NCBI GenBank assembly: GCA_010093995.1
Contig: ML992508.1
Location: 778,506-842,505, forward strand
Reading direction: 5' to 3'
Source of the DNA: Elsinoe ampelina
Taxonomy: Eukaryota
Length of the DNA stretch: 64,000 nt
Shown here: positions 1-10,019 of the stretch, piece by piece
How positions within the stretch are numbered: the first letter of the stretch is position 1
Layout of the letters: the number at the start of each line of letters is the position of its first letter
Notes under the pieces: generated by a model
Told to the model about the DNA's origin: nothing
Seen by the model: only the letters and a program-made list of their open reading frames with translations
Database searches by the model: none
Made by a program: the position numbers and the translations under genes

Positions 1-2148
1 GGTGGAAAACTCAGCAAAGCCTGCATCATCGAGCAGGTCGCGTGCGCGGTAGGTGAAGCCCTCGAGAACGTTGAAGGCTTCCTCCCGAGCAAGTCGTGCA
101 CGATCGGAGCGATCGAAAGCGGCCAGTCGCTCAGCCATACGGCTGGTCTCTTCCTTTGCAGGAATTGGAATCCCAGCGTGCTTTACTTCATACTTGATCT
201 CAAAAGACTGAATCTTGAGACTCGGCGGCTCGTTGGCTGATGCAGTCTTGTTCTCCTTTCCACTGGCTGATGCTGTGGGAGATGAAGCTGTCGAGGATGC
301 AGACTCTGAAGAAGACTTGGATTCCTCGCCATCTTTCAATGGCTTCTGGTCATCCTTCTTGCCTCCGAAGAGTCCCTTCACAGAGTCTACAATTCCGCCT
401 TTCGGAGTATCCTTAACGATGCACTGAACAATACCACTCTCAACCTCAGGAATGTTGTCCACAGGGTTGAGGCGCAGAAGGAATTTGACTGAGGCCTCGT
501 CCGTATTGCATCCAAACTCATCACGGAGCTTCTTGAGGTTGTCGGTAACGTTCTTGGTCTCGATACTCGCGATCATCCTTGGCACGTCCTCCACCTTCTG
601 GTAGATGCCAAATGTGAAATCCTCCCTGTCCTTAAACGACACTTGCTTGGGTACACCATTCTTGGACGTAGGAATGAAAATTTGTTGTTGTCTCTCTTTG
701 CCAGATTGCGTTTGCGAGATACCCGCTGCGTAGACAGCTGCTTCCGAAGTCTTGAAGCCCTTCACACTGAACGATGGGCTGAGGTCTGCAGCTTTGTAGG
801 CAGCTCCAAAGGCAGCTGATTCGTCGGCGTTGACATTGGAGCGGATCTCGGCTGCCTTGCCAATGATGGATTCGAGCTTCTTCTGAACGAAAGGAGTACG
901 GGTTGCGCCTCCGTGTAGAATCACAGATGTCAGATCGTCGATCGTAATCTTCGCAGCTTCCAGCGCTTGCTTGATAGGTATTTCGACCCTGTCTGCGAAT
1001 GAGACAGTCAATTCCTCAAACTGAGTCCTGGAAAGCTTGCTGGCAAAGTCGATATCCTGATACAATCCTTCGAACGACGAACGGACGTCAGTGTTGGCGC
1101 TGAGCACCTGTCTGGCGCGTTCCGCCTCTCTCCAGAGCTTCGATGCCGTCCTGCCATGCTTCTTGACATCAGCAGCGGATATGCCAGCACTCGAGACTTC
1201 CGACTTCTTGGTGAACTCTGAGACCAAATGGTCGAGCACAATTGCATTCAGGGCGTTGCCCCCCAGCGTCCTGTCCCAACCTGCGCCGAGCACGTCAACC
1301 TCTCGGATCGTCTTGTTGAAGCTTCCTACATCCTTGACATCCCGTGATTGGAATCGGAGCACAGTGGCTTTTGTCGAGGTCGCGCCCATGTCAAAGACCA
1401 AATGAAGCTCAGCTTTCCCGCCCCTGCTGACATTTGGAAATTCTCTCTTGATTGAGTAATCCTGTCCGACCGCGAGACCATCCGACATAAGTCCCAATAC
1501 AGACAAGCCCGCAAGTTGTGCTGCTCTTTCGATAGCTTTGCGCTCATCTGCGGTGTAGAAGACAGGTACAGTAATGACGGTGTCAGTGACTCTGCTGCCT
1601 TTTCCGACGGTCACTTCAGCGTTGGTACGGATGTTCTTCAATTCCATCGCCAACAACTCTTCAACAGTCCATGGTTGTTCCTTGTCGCTGAATGCCCCTG
1701 ATTTAAAGGCAACTGACAGCTTCTGCTTTGTCTCGAGCGAAAGGGCTGGAAAACGCGAGGTGTATTCGCTGACGACGGGATCTGCACTAGGATCTATCCC
1801 CAGGAGAGGCTTGAGGTTGCTGTAGACATCTCCGGGAAATCGACCAGCCAACGCCAGGGCATCTCCACCGTATGCACGTTCGGGAAAAGATCCCAATTCT
1901 ACCGGTCCCTTCTTGTTTGGCTTGAAGGCTAGCGCGGCCGTCTCTTTCCGTTTCGAGTCCTTGGTGAGGACGATGTCAATTGGTGCTCCGGGTCGTACTA
2001 TGGCAGCTTTGATGAAGTTGGTTCCGAAATCAATGCCTAGTACGGCTGAGGCGGCGGAAGCGGTCGAGGCGAAGAGAAGAAGGGCCAGGGGGATGAGGAG
2101 GTGTAATGCAGGTATCGTCGATCTGCGATTCAAGTTTCGGCCCGCCAT
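1..2148 (-). CDS. LHS1: ER Hsp70-family nucleotide exchange factor Lhs1/HYOU1 (3' end runs off the window)
   Basis: Minus-strand frame from ATG at 2148 reads MAGRNLNRRSTIPALHLLIPLALLLFASTASAASAVLGIDFGTNFIKAAIVRPGAPIDIVLTKDSKRKE: signal peptide plus Hsp70 ATPase start. Also contains VFDMGATST and VILHGGATRTPFVQ motifs. Absent from the ORF track because its stop lies outside the window. Confidence 0.9.
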   Translation of the reverse strand, partial: MAGRNLNRRSTIPALHLLIPLALLLFASTASAASAVLGIDFGTNFIKAAIVRPGAPIDIVLTKDSKRKETAALAFKPNKKGPVELGSFPERAYGGDALALAGRFPGDVYSNLKPLLGIDPSADPVVSEYTSRFPALSLETKQKLSVAFKSGAFSDKEQPWTVEELLAMELKNIRTNAEVTVGKGSRVTDTVITVPVFYTADERKAIERAAQLAGLSVLGLMSDGLAVGQDYSIKREFPNVSRGGKAELHLVFDMGATSTKATVLRFQSRDVKDVGSFNKTIREVDVLGAGWDRTLGGNALNAIVLDHLVSEFTKKSEVSSAGISAADVKKHGRTASKLWREAERARQVLSANTDVRSSFEGLYQDIDFASKLSRTQFEELTVSFADRVEIPIKQALEAAKITIDDLTSVILHGGATRTPFVQKKLESIIGKAAEIRSNVNADESAAFGAAYKAADLSPSFSVKGFKTSEAAVYAAGISQTQSGKERQQQIFIPTSKNGVPKQVSFKDREDFTFGIYQKVEDVPRMIASIETKNVTDNLKKLRDEFGCNTDEASVKFLLRLNPVDNIPEVESGIVQCIVKDTPKGGIVDSVKGLFGGKKDDQKPLKDGEESKSSSESASSTASSPTASASGKENKTASANEPPSLKIQSFEIKYEVKHAGIPIPAKEETSRMAERLAAFDRSDRARLAREEAFNVLEGFTYRARDLLDDAGFAEFST

Positions 2149-2777
2149 GATATGTACCTTTACCCTGAGAGCAAGGCCAGATGGAAAGGAAGGAATGAGG
2201 ACAAAGGATCTGGTTCAGAGCCAATGAAAGAAGACTATGAACATGGAAGGGACAAAGCCATGTAGCCTGTACAGCGTGTTCGAAACAGAAGCGGAAATCG
2301 GAACTATGGGAGCTCTCAAGTTCAGGAAAGATAATACTTGTCCAAATTATCTGTAGCAAGCTTCAGAACACCTGGCAGAACAGCTCAAGAAAGTCTAAAC
2401 TCCGAGCTAGCTCCGCGTGTGTCGCGTTTCGAGACTCGACCAGCAACTGGACTCTTGCAGCAGAGCTCTTTCACCAAGCATATCTCTAGAAATGCTAACG
2501 ACACTGTCTGCTCATATTACTTTACACTCGACTGCTTCGAAGTACCTTTAAATTTCTTTGCCCGTAACTCTGACTCCCACGTGCAGAGCAATCGGCATTT
2601 AAGGTTCGCGGAAAGATGCTAGCGCGGGGCCCTCGAGGATCTCGTTCCACGTGAAATCCAACTTCACATGTTTGTCATTTCTACCCTCTTCTCGACCCAC
2701 TCATCTCAAGGGCTTCACGGCAGAGCAGTACCTCCTACTGGCATATCAGCCTCGCAAACACATGCTGACCATGCAAC

Positions 2778-3854
2778 ATGGACTTTGCGTCGTTAATGTC
2801 AGCGCAGATATCAAAATCTAAATCACCAGCAACTGCGGACGGACCGAAAAAGTACTTGAAGCGGGCCGATGTGGAAGCACAACGCCTAGCAGACTACGAA
2901 GCAGAGCAGAAGCGATTGGAGGATGAACGCCTTGCCAGACTCGAGAAGAAGCGCAAATTGGATGAGGATGAAGCGGAGAAGAACAGGGTGAGAGAAGAGA
3001 AGCGTCGGAAGCTTGCAGAGGAGAGTCAGAGATTACGTGAGGAAGAGGAATTGGCAGAGGAGCAGAAGAGGAGGAAGAGGCTCGGGCTGCCAGATCTGCC
3101 CACAAAGGGATCGGAGACGGATGGGACACCTATTCCTGAGGGAGAAGAAGACATTGATAATGTCGACTTGCGGAACAAGCTCAGAGATCTGGACGAGCCT
3201 GTGGCACTCTTTGGTGAGACGCACGTTACTCGCCTGCGACGCTATAGACGCATCACTGGCAAATCGCTGGCGCCAGTGATGCATAAGGGCCCAATACCGA
3301 CAACGCTCGAGCCTGTGCCAGAAGCGGACATGAAAGTACAGGAGTCGATTCCCAAGGATCCCGATCAGCTGAGATTCCTTGACCGTCAATTGGCATCATA
3401 CTTCACGATGGTATTGTCAGAATGGCAGACTGCGCTAGCTAGGAGAGACGAGGAGGTCAAGAACAGCACATCCGGCAGAGCTGCGTACAATTCCATGCTT
3501 CAGGCTAAGGAGCACCTTGTACCACTCTTCAGGAAATTGGAAAAGGGCAACGTGGAGAAAGGCATCTTAGAGCCAGTGGTTGAGATCGTCAGATGCTGTC
3601 AAGGTCGGAAATACGTGGATGCAAACGACGCCTACCTCCGTCTTTCCATCGGCAAGGCAGCATGGCCTATCGGAGTGACCATGGTGGGTATCCATGAGAG
3701 ATCAGCACGTGAGAAGCTCCACGAGCACGACAGAGACGCAGGACATATCATGAGCGACGAGACAACGAGAAAGTTCTTGCAGAGTATCAAGCGGTGCTTG
3801 AGCTTTGCGCAGACGAGATGGCCGCCTGATGACCATCTCCAATTGATGGGCTGA
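2778..3854 (+). CDS. PRP18: Pre-mRNA splicing factor Prp18
   Basis: PRP4-like motif (LRDLDEPVALFGET..RLRR) and Prp18 signature AYLRLSIGKAAWPIGVTMVGIHERSAREKL...ETTRKFLQSIKRCLSFAQ. Confidence 0.95.
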   Translation: MDFASLMSAQISKSKSPATADGPKKYLKRADVEAQRLADYEAEQKRLEDERLARLEKKRKLDEDEAEKNRVREEKRRKLAEESQRLREEEELAEEQKRRKRLGLPDLPTKGSETDGTPIPEGEEDIDNVDLRNKLRDLDEPVALFGETHVTRLRRYRRITGKSLAPVMHKGPIPTTLEPVPEADMKVQESIPKDPDQLRFLDRQLASYFTMVLSEWQTALARRDEEVKNSTSGRAAYNSMLQAKEHLVPLFRKLEKGNVEKGILEPVVEIVRCCQGRKYVDANDAYLRLSIGKAAWPIGVTMVGIHERSAREKLHEHDRDAGHIMSDETTRKFLQSIKRCLSFAQTRWPPDDHLQLMG

Positions 3855-4151
3855 GGAAATGAGGTTAGGCAGCGGAGTCATTGCATTATCACATGCTCCC
3901 GTCCAGATTCTTGGCACCTCGTTTGTCACTCCCATGCTTGCATCGACAAACGGCATCCTTGCAATTGTGAAGAATTTTCTGTCAATAAATACCTCACTTC
4001 GACAGAACATCACATTCCGACTCTTTCATCAGAAGTTGAACTTGCTGACCGTTCAGGATCAGTCGTTGACAAGTCATCTCTGGCAAGCACTTCCAATATC
4101 AGAAATCAACGTCTTACCATCCGGTTGTAATAGATAGGCGACCACCGAACC

Positions 4152-5584
4152 ATGGACCGATCACTCCTGTGGGATCCATTGAAGCCGGGCGACAAAGAGC
4201 GGACTGGACCTTCCGCATGGCTTGGTCTTCTAGAATCGTTGCGCAACGCCATCATCAACGAGCCTATCCCATATACCAGATTGAGTCGTGTTGAAGACGT
4301 CCGCGATCTGCTAGAGGCCATCTGCAGGCAGCAAAATCAGCAGCAGCCAATAGCTCCGCTTGCGCCATCTTTTGCCGACATCTGGGAAAATGGCAATGCG
4401 TCAACGAATGAGGAGTCGACCAAGCAATCCATCATCGACGACCTGACAATCAGTGACGATACAGGTGGCAGCTCTCCAAGATCGGTGGAAGATGACCAGA
4501 ATACCAATGCCGGCACATACACACTGGGTACACGTCGTTCGCCTGCATTGCAGGTGTTCGAGCAGTCGCTGCGCCTGGCACTTTCGGAAGGGGATACATT
4601 CTTCGTTGCCGACTTTGATGCCTTCATCTCCGCTCGCAAGGAAGCTTTTCGCATTTTGATGAGGCGTGGTCTAATGCGCAAGCCAGCACATGAGACCAAT
4701 CTCAACACAGTCATGCACATATGGGCATCTAACATACTGTCACGCGAGCGTGCCGATCGACTCTCTCGCTTGACTGGCTCTGGCGCTCCAAAGTCATTCA
4801 AATTCCCTCCACTCGAAGAAGAAGCCGAAAGACGTCGAGCCATCTGCAAGTCCGAATCCGAAAATCTCGTCAAAGTCTACGACGCTTACATTGCCCACGG
4901 ACACCTTATGCACCACCCGATCATGCAAAACATGTACCTCTCCAACTTCTACCGCTACTTCTGGATGCTGTCTGAAGAAATAGAACGCTCCGACAGTGCC
5001 ATGCGCAAGATCATCCGCAAGCACGGACTGGAACCAAGCAAGAACCAAGGCCCCACTGGCGCAGCTTTCAAATGGATCATGTTTCGATTGGAGGGCATCA
5101 AGCCCGGCAAGAAGAAGGAGTACATGGAGACCAAATTCTACAACCTGGTGCAAATCGGCCGCTTCATCTTCTGCCTGCAAAGAACCTTTGGCAAAGGGGC
5201 CCTCGCCTTGGTCACCCCAGGATCACTCATGAAGTAAGCCCATCTCCCATCCCCTCACCCGTCCCTCTCCTACCATCAACTATACTGACTGTAGAAAGAT
5301 ACCTCCCCCTCGATTCCCGCTCTTTCCTCCACATCGCCGAAGCCATCAAGATCAAGATCCCTCAAGTCCTGCAGATCTGCGAAAAGCTCGGTCCTAGACT
5401 GGTCGAGCCGGTGCTGAAGCAGCAGTTTGTGGAAGCTAGGGAGGTGGACTCGGTCAACAATTATACTTTTCTGGAGTTTGTGGATGCGTTGCTGCCGGAT
5501 GCCCAGTATGGCGAGTTCGAGGACGAGTATGAGCCGCCTGAGCCGTTTGAGTATCGTGCTGAGGAGTTTCCGCCGCTTGGGTAG
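4152..5584 (+). CDS. Hypothetical protein, 2 exons (intron about 5234-5298)
   Basis: 361-aa ORF ending at a GTAAGC donor (5234). CTGAC branch and AAG acceptor at 5298 restore the frame into YLPLDSRSFLHIAEAIK...EEFPPLG*. No family recognised. Confidence 0.6.
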
Positions 5585-5763
5585 GAGTGGTGATGGATTT
5601 TCGATGGAGGGCATTTGGGGACCAAAAGGTCTTGATGTGGTTCGGTGACAGCTGGTTTTTCGGTTTGCATAACGAGAGAATATGATTCGAAATATATACT
5701 TACCGTCAGTTTACGTGATCCAGCCTGGTGCAGTGCAGGTTGTGACGTATCTTCATTACATAT

Positions 5764-7539
5764 CTACAGAATTGCACTACATTTCGTCGTGAAACACACA
5801 TGGTCTCGGAGCTGCAAGTGCTCATTCGCCTCTTCTCGACGCAGGGGCTGAGTCACCTCAAGCGATGTCTCTGACTCGTCCGCCCTCTGACCCTTTTCCT
5901 CGCTCGTCCGCTCGTTCCCCATCTCCAGCATAGCCTTTTCATCGCGATGATCTTCGCTGATCACATCTCCGCTCTTCACTGGTGCCTCCACAACTGTCAT
6001 CGCCACCGCAGACACCGTGACAGTGGTCACAGCCTCCTTGACTGGCAAAGCCTCCATAGTGGCAGTAGTTCTCGACGTCATGTCCACCACGTCCTGGATC
6101 GGGGGATTATACGTCAACCTCCCCAACGACTGCGCAATCGTCTCGCCCATGACCCTACACGAATCAAACCTCTCCATCTGCCCTGCCGACCGTGCCACGG
6201 TGAGTTGTATCGACAATACCACCACTACTACCAATAGGACGGCGATGGCAATGTTCTTGGTGTCTTTCGCAAGGAGGACCAGGTAATTCCGAAACAGAAC
6301 TTCGATGGGGATCTGCTCTGGTTTGAAAGCTGGCGGGAGGTCACGGACATCGAAGTTGGTGTGGTCTCGTGATTGTGATGTGGAGGGTTCGCGTTGCTGT
6401 TCCCGGGAGAGTTCGCGAAGGCGGGCTTCAAGAGCGATAATCTTGTTCAGGACTGCGGTCTCGTGTTGGTCGCGGCGGAGTTGTTCTTGGTCCTGGATGT
6501 GACGGCGGAGGGCTTCTTCTGCTTCTTGATCGAGGGCTGCTTGGTCGGAGTCGTTGTGAAGGTAAATCGCCGCTTCGATGTCTGCTTCAGGAGAGGCTGG
6601 GTTCTCTTTGCTGTTTGTGCTGGAAAGAGATCTCCTTGCGTCCGCGAGATTGAGTCGCTCTTCCTCACTCATCCATGGTAGGATTACCACGTCGACCATC
6701 TCCATCTCTTTCCATGCTACGGTCCACGTCTCTGCTCTCATCCTGCCGTTTCCAGCGAAGACCTGCACATCCCACTTTTGCTCGCCTGCTACGCCACTTC
6801 CAACCTCCTTGACGTGCCTCGAGCAGGTGCTGCACTTCCCCGAGCCAATGTCCTCGAGCTCGGCACCAGAGTCGACTCTTCCCTGATCGTCCTCTTCTTC
6901 TTGACTATGTCCGATGTAATGACCATCATCACTCAGCCTACCCTGCTCCAGCTCCAGCCCTTGCAGAATCCTTTCCTCCAGCAAATCGTAGTCTCCCCGA
7001 GGATGCTTGATTAGCAGACCTCTTTTGCTGACCTCGCCCGTAAGTTTCGTCTTCAAGAGTGACAACCTCCTCCTGGTATCCTTTCTGAATATACCAGAAA
7101 TCCCATCATCTTCAAGCTCTGCTGTCAACGGCAGGATCGTGACGTGAAGCAGGACCAGGGGTAGACTATCGGGTGGTGGCTGTGTGGACTCTCTCAGCTT
7201 CGAGCTCGGTCTACTCTTGAAAACAGGATGAGGCGTGCCATTCCGTGTCCTCGGAGTATCTGGTCGGCGATGGACAGTCGTCCGGCGGGTCCTGGTAGGA
7301 GTGGAGAAAACGTCAGATCCTAAGCTCGGAGTGGTGGTGTTGTGGAGCACTGATGAGTGGCGGGTGCCAGGTAGCGGGAAGATCACCTGATCACTTTCGC
7401 TGTCTGCGTCGGAAGAGGGATTCGAGCTCGAGGAATGAAGTTCCTCGCTGTCAGATTCAAGAGCTTGTTCCTCCTCAGGTCGGGGTATGGGAAGTGGTGT
7501 TGTGTCGTATGGTTGATAGATGACGGATTGTCTTGCCAT
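5764..7539 (-). CDS. Conserved-looking fungal hypothetical protein with coiled coil and one C-terminal transmembrane helix
   Basis: 591-aa ORF; globular motif PLVLLHVTILP...RGLLIKHPRGDYDLLEERILQGLEL; CxxC; hydrophobic NIAIAVLLVVVVVLSIQL. Confidence 0.7.
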   Translation of the reverse strand: MARQSVIYQPYDTTPLPIPRPEEEQALESDSEELHSSSSNPSSDADSESDQVIFPLPGTRHSSVLHNTTTPSLGSDVFSTPTRTRRTTVHRRPDTPRTRNGTPHPVFKSRPSSKLRESTQPPPDSLPLVLLHVTILPLTAELEDDGISGIFRKDTRRRLSLLKTKLTGEVSKRGLLIKHPRGDYDLLEERILQGLELEQGRLSDDGHYIGHSQEEEDDQGRVDSGAELEDIGSGKCSTCSRHVKEVGSGVAGEQKWDVQVFAGNGRMRAETWTVAWKEMEMVDVVILPWMSEEERLNLADARRSLSSTNSKENPASPEADIEAAIYLHNDSDQAALDQEAEEALRRHIQDQEQLRRDQHETAVLNKIIALEARLRELSREQQREPSTSQSRDHTNFDVRDLPPAFKPEQIPIEVLFRNYLVLLAKDTKNIAIAVLLVVVVVLSIQLTVARSAGQMERFDSCRVMGETIAQSLGRLTYNPPIQDVVDMTSRTTATMEALPVKEAVTTVTVSAVAMTVVEAPVKSGDVISEDHRDEKAMLEMGNERTSEEKGQRADESETSLEVTQPLRREEANEHLQLRDHVCFTTKCSAIL

Positions 7540-7976
7540 CGAGTAGATAGATCAATGCGAGCAGTGTGACATTAAACCCAGTGACAGGATCGTGATAATG
7601 AGGTCGAGCTGTCAAAAAAATTGATGCAATAGTCCATGGTTCACAAGACCCTCTGGAGCCCCACTTTTGTTTATCCCTATCGATACCACAGCAACGGCAA
7701 TCCGATGAACGCGTGGTCACTGCGCAGAAATACATAAAAGACCTGTGAACCACGCTGCAGGTCAATTTGTATCCTGCAACCTTGACAATTAGAAAGTCGT
7801 CTTGACCCGTCCATGATCTTTGTACAAGGCGCTGCAAGCTCGAAGCTCAATGTGGAATTGCTGCGATTTCCGTTCCTTCCCTTCGAGACCTCCATACAGC
7901 GACGTCGTAGGTATTTCGCTCTTCGATTTGCACATCGTTCTGTCAGAAGCACTATCATTCCTATCATTTCAGAGCG

Positions 7977-9484
7977 ATGCCATCCCCGCTCGATCATCAG
8001 GAGATGTTCTCCGACCCACATAGCTTGTCCTCGACTGCCAGAACATCATCTACCGAGCTATCCTGTCGTGACGATGCAAACACTGATAACATCTCCGACT
8101 TCGATCCTTCCCGCTTTTTCAATGATGCTATGAATGGGAGATGGACCAGAGAGACCACACGTACGATCCTGAGAGAATGTATTGAACCAATCCACCTAGC
8201 TTGACTGATCTTTTCGCAGAGGACAGCTCTGCTGAAAACGCCCAACCGTCTTGTCAACCAGACGATGTGAACGGCAGTGCCGAAGCATACCAACCAGTCT
8301 CTCCTGATGATGAGAGGCAGCCCTACGGCGAAGGAGATTACGACCGTCACAGCCGAGACAACGACAGAGACGATGCGAGCTCAACAGACTCTCAAATTTC
8401 ACGCAGATCCCGCTCCAACGCCTCTCATGCTAGCCACCGGACAAGAGAGTCGTAGCCAGATGAGCCTGTATCGGGTGTAACAACGTCGCATGATCAGCCG
8501 TATCTGCAGGAGACCCACAATACACAGCCGTTGGCACCGCCAACTCATGATGAGCGGCCCCGGCCACAACTGAATCGACCAGCTCCCTCACATATGGGCT
8601 CCTATGAGCAGTGGCGACAACAGTCGCCGCAATGGATTCAGCGTCAGACCATCCCGCAGCTGCCTCTTTCTGCTGCGACCTGGTCATCGCCCCTGCATCT
8701 GGCACCGCCGCATCCAACGCCATTTGTCCATGCTCCATCCGACCAGATCAATTCAAATCTGTATTCAACGATGAATTCACTGGCTCAACAGCCCATTCAA
8801 ACGCATTCGCTCATCCAGAATCCACCACTTCCATACAATCATCCAGCCTCCCAAATTGTACAACCGTGGGCACCAGCCTATAGCCAGATCTTCGTTCCAG
8901 CATCATTCAGCGTGCTCCCTCAGCAAGGTTTGCTAACAGGCTCACAGCCGCCTGACATCGCTGGATGGGTGCAGCGTCAAATTCTACCACCTGCTGAATC
9001 CATGCCCGGCTCGCGACTGGCAATGCCTTACTCCCGGCTCACGGCGGAAGAAGTCAACAGGTACAGACCACAGTACGCACCAGGCTGGTGGTACATGACT
9101 GACGTTCAATGGTTCGCGCACACTGTTTCCATCCGGAATAACTACAGCAGGATCGGGCTGATCATGGAGACTGAGCTCGGTAAGAGATATACCGGAAATG
9201 AAGCCTGCTCGAATTGTAACGAGAAAGGTTGGGAGTGTTGGAGCTTCACACCAACAGCGGTCCGACGTATCGTGACCAACGCCAGACTACGTTATGCACA
9301 TTGTCGTGGCGTTGGTAACCAGAGGGTGGAATGTACCAGGATGGACATATGCAGGCGAGAGTTCATGGCCACCGACGAAGGTCCGCTGAGGTCACAGGGA
9401 GGACATTTTGGGAACCTACGAGTGAATCTCGACAGACCAGTCGGAGGTGAAAGTCGTGACACCACAGCGGAAGAAGAGAACTAG
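7977..9484 (+). pseudogene. Probable pseudogene (or stop-containing allele) of a Ser/Pro/Gln-rich protein with a degenerate C-terminal Zn-cluster-like motif
   Basis: Exon 7977-8160, then a phase-compatible intron 8161-8219 (GTACGA..CTGAT..CAG), then one frame to 9484 broken by a single TAG at 8453-8455. C-terminal motif CSNCNEKGWEC-x18-YAHC-x9-C. Confidence 0.5.
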
Positions 9485-10019
9485 GGCGGTCGACGACCAG
9501 GAATCATCTAGGGAATCGGAGTCCTGAATCCATGAGGGTGATGGCTTCTGTCGACGTGGTCGTGAAGCAACGGTATCTTTTAGGAATGTCATTCGTTGGA
9601 CGAGCTACCAGAAAGACAAACGTCGACACCATCAGGCGGACCCCTGCATCATTCCAAGTACGATAGTATCAAGGATTCCACAGACATTGAACGTTCCCTC
9701 CATTACTCGTGGTTCTCCTCGTGATAAGCTACGAAGCACGACTACCAAAGCAGTCTTCTCTCCTCGCAATGAGCATGTCTTGCAGGTATGTCGAGGGGTT
9801 TTTAGCAAGGCGAAGGAGCGGGTCACCTCACTCCATCGCCATGGGCAGGCAGAAGTTCAGCATCTGGTAGTACGAAAGCCCGCCAAAGCACGACGGCACC
9901 ACAACACCACAGAAGGATCAGGACATGATTTCACGGTATTCATTTCCATCAACTTTTGAAAAGCGGTATCATATCGCTACTACCTCCGTCCATCCTCCCT
10001 CTCCCTTCTCCATCCTCAA

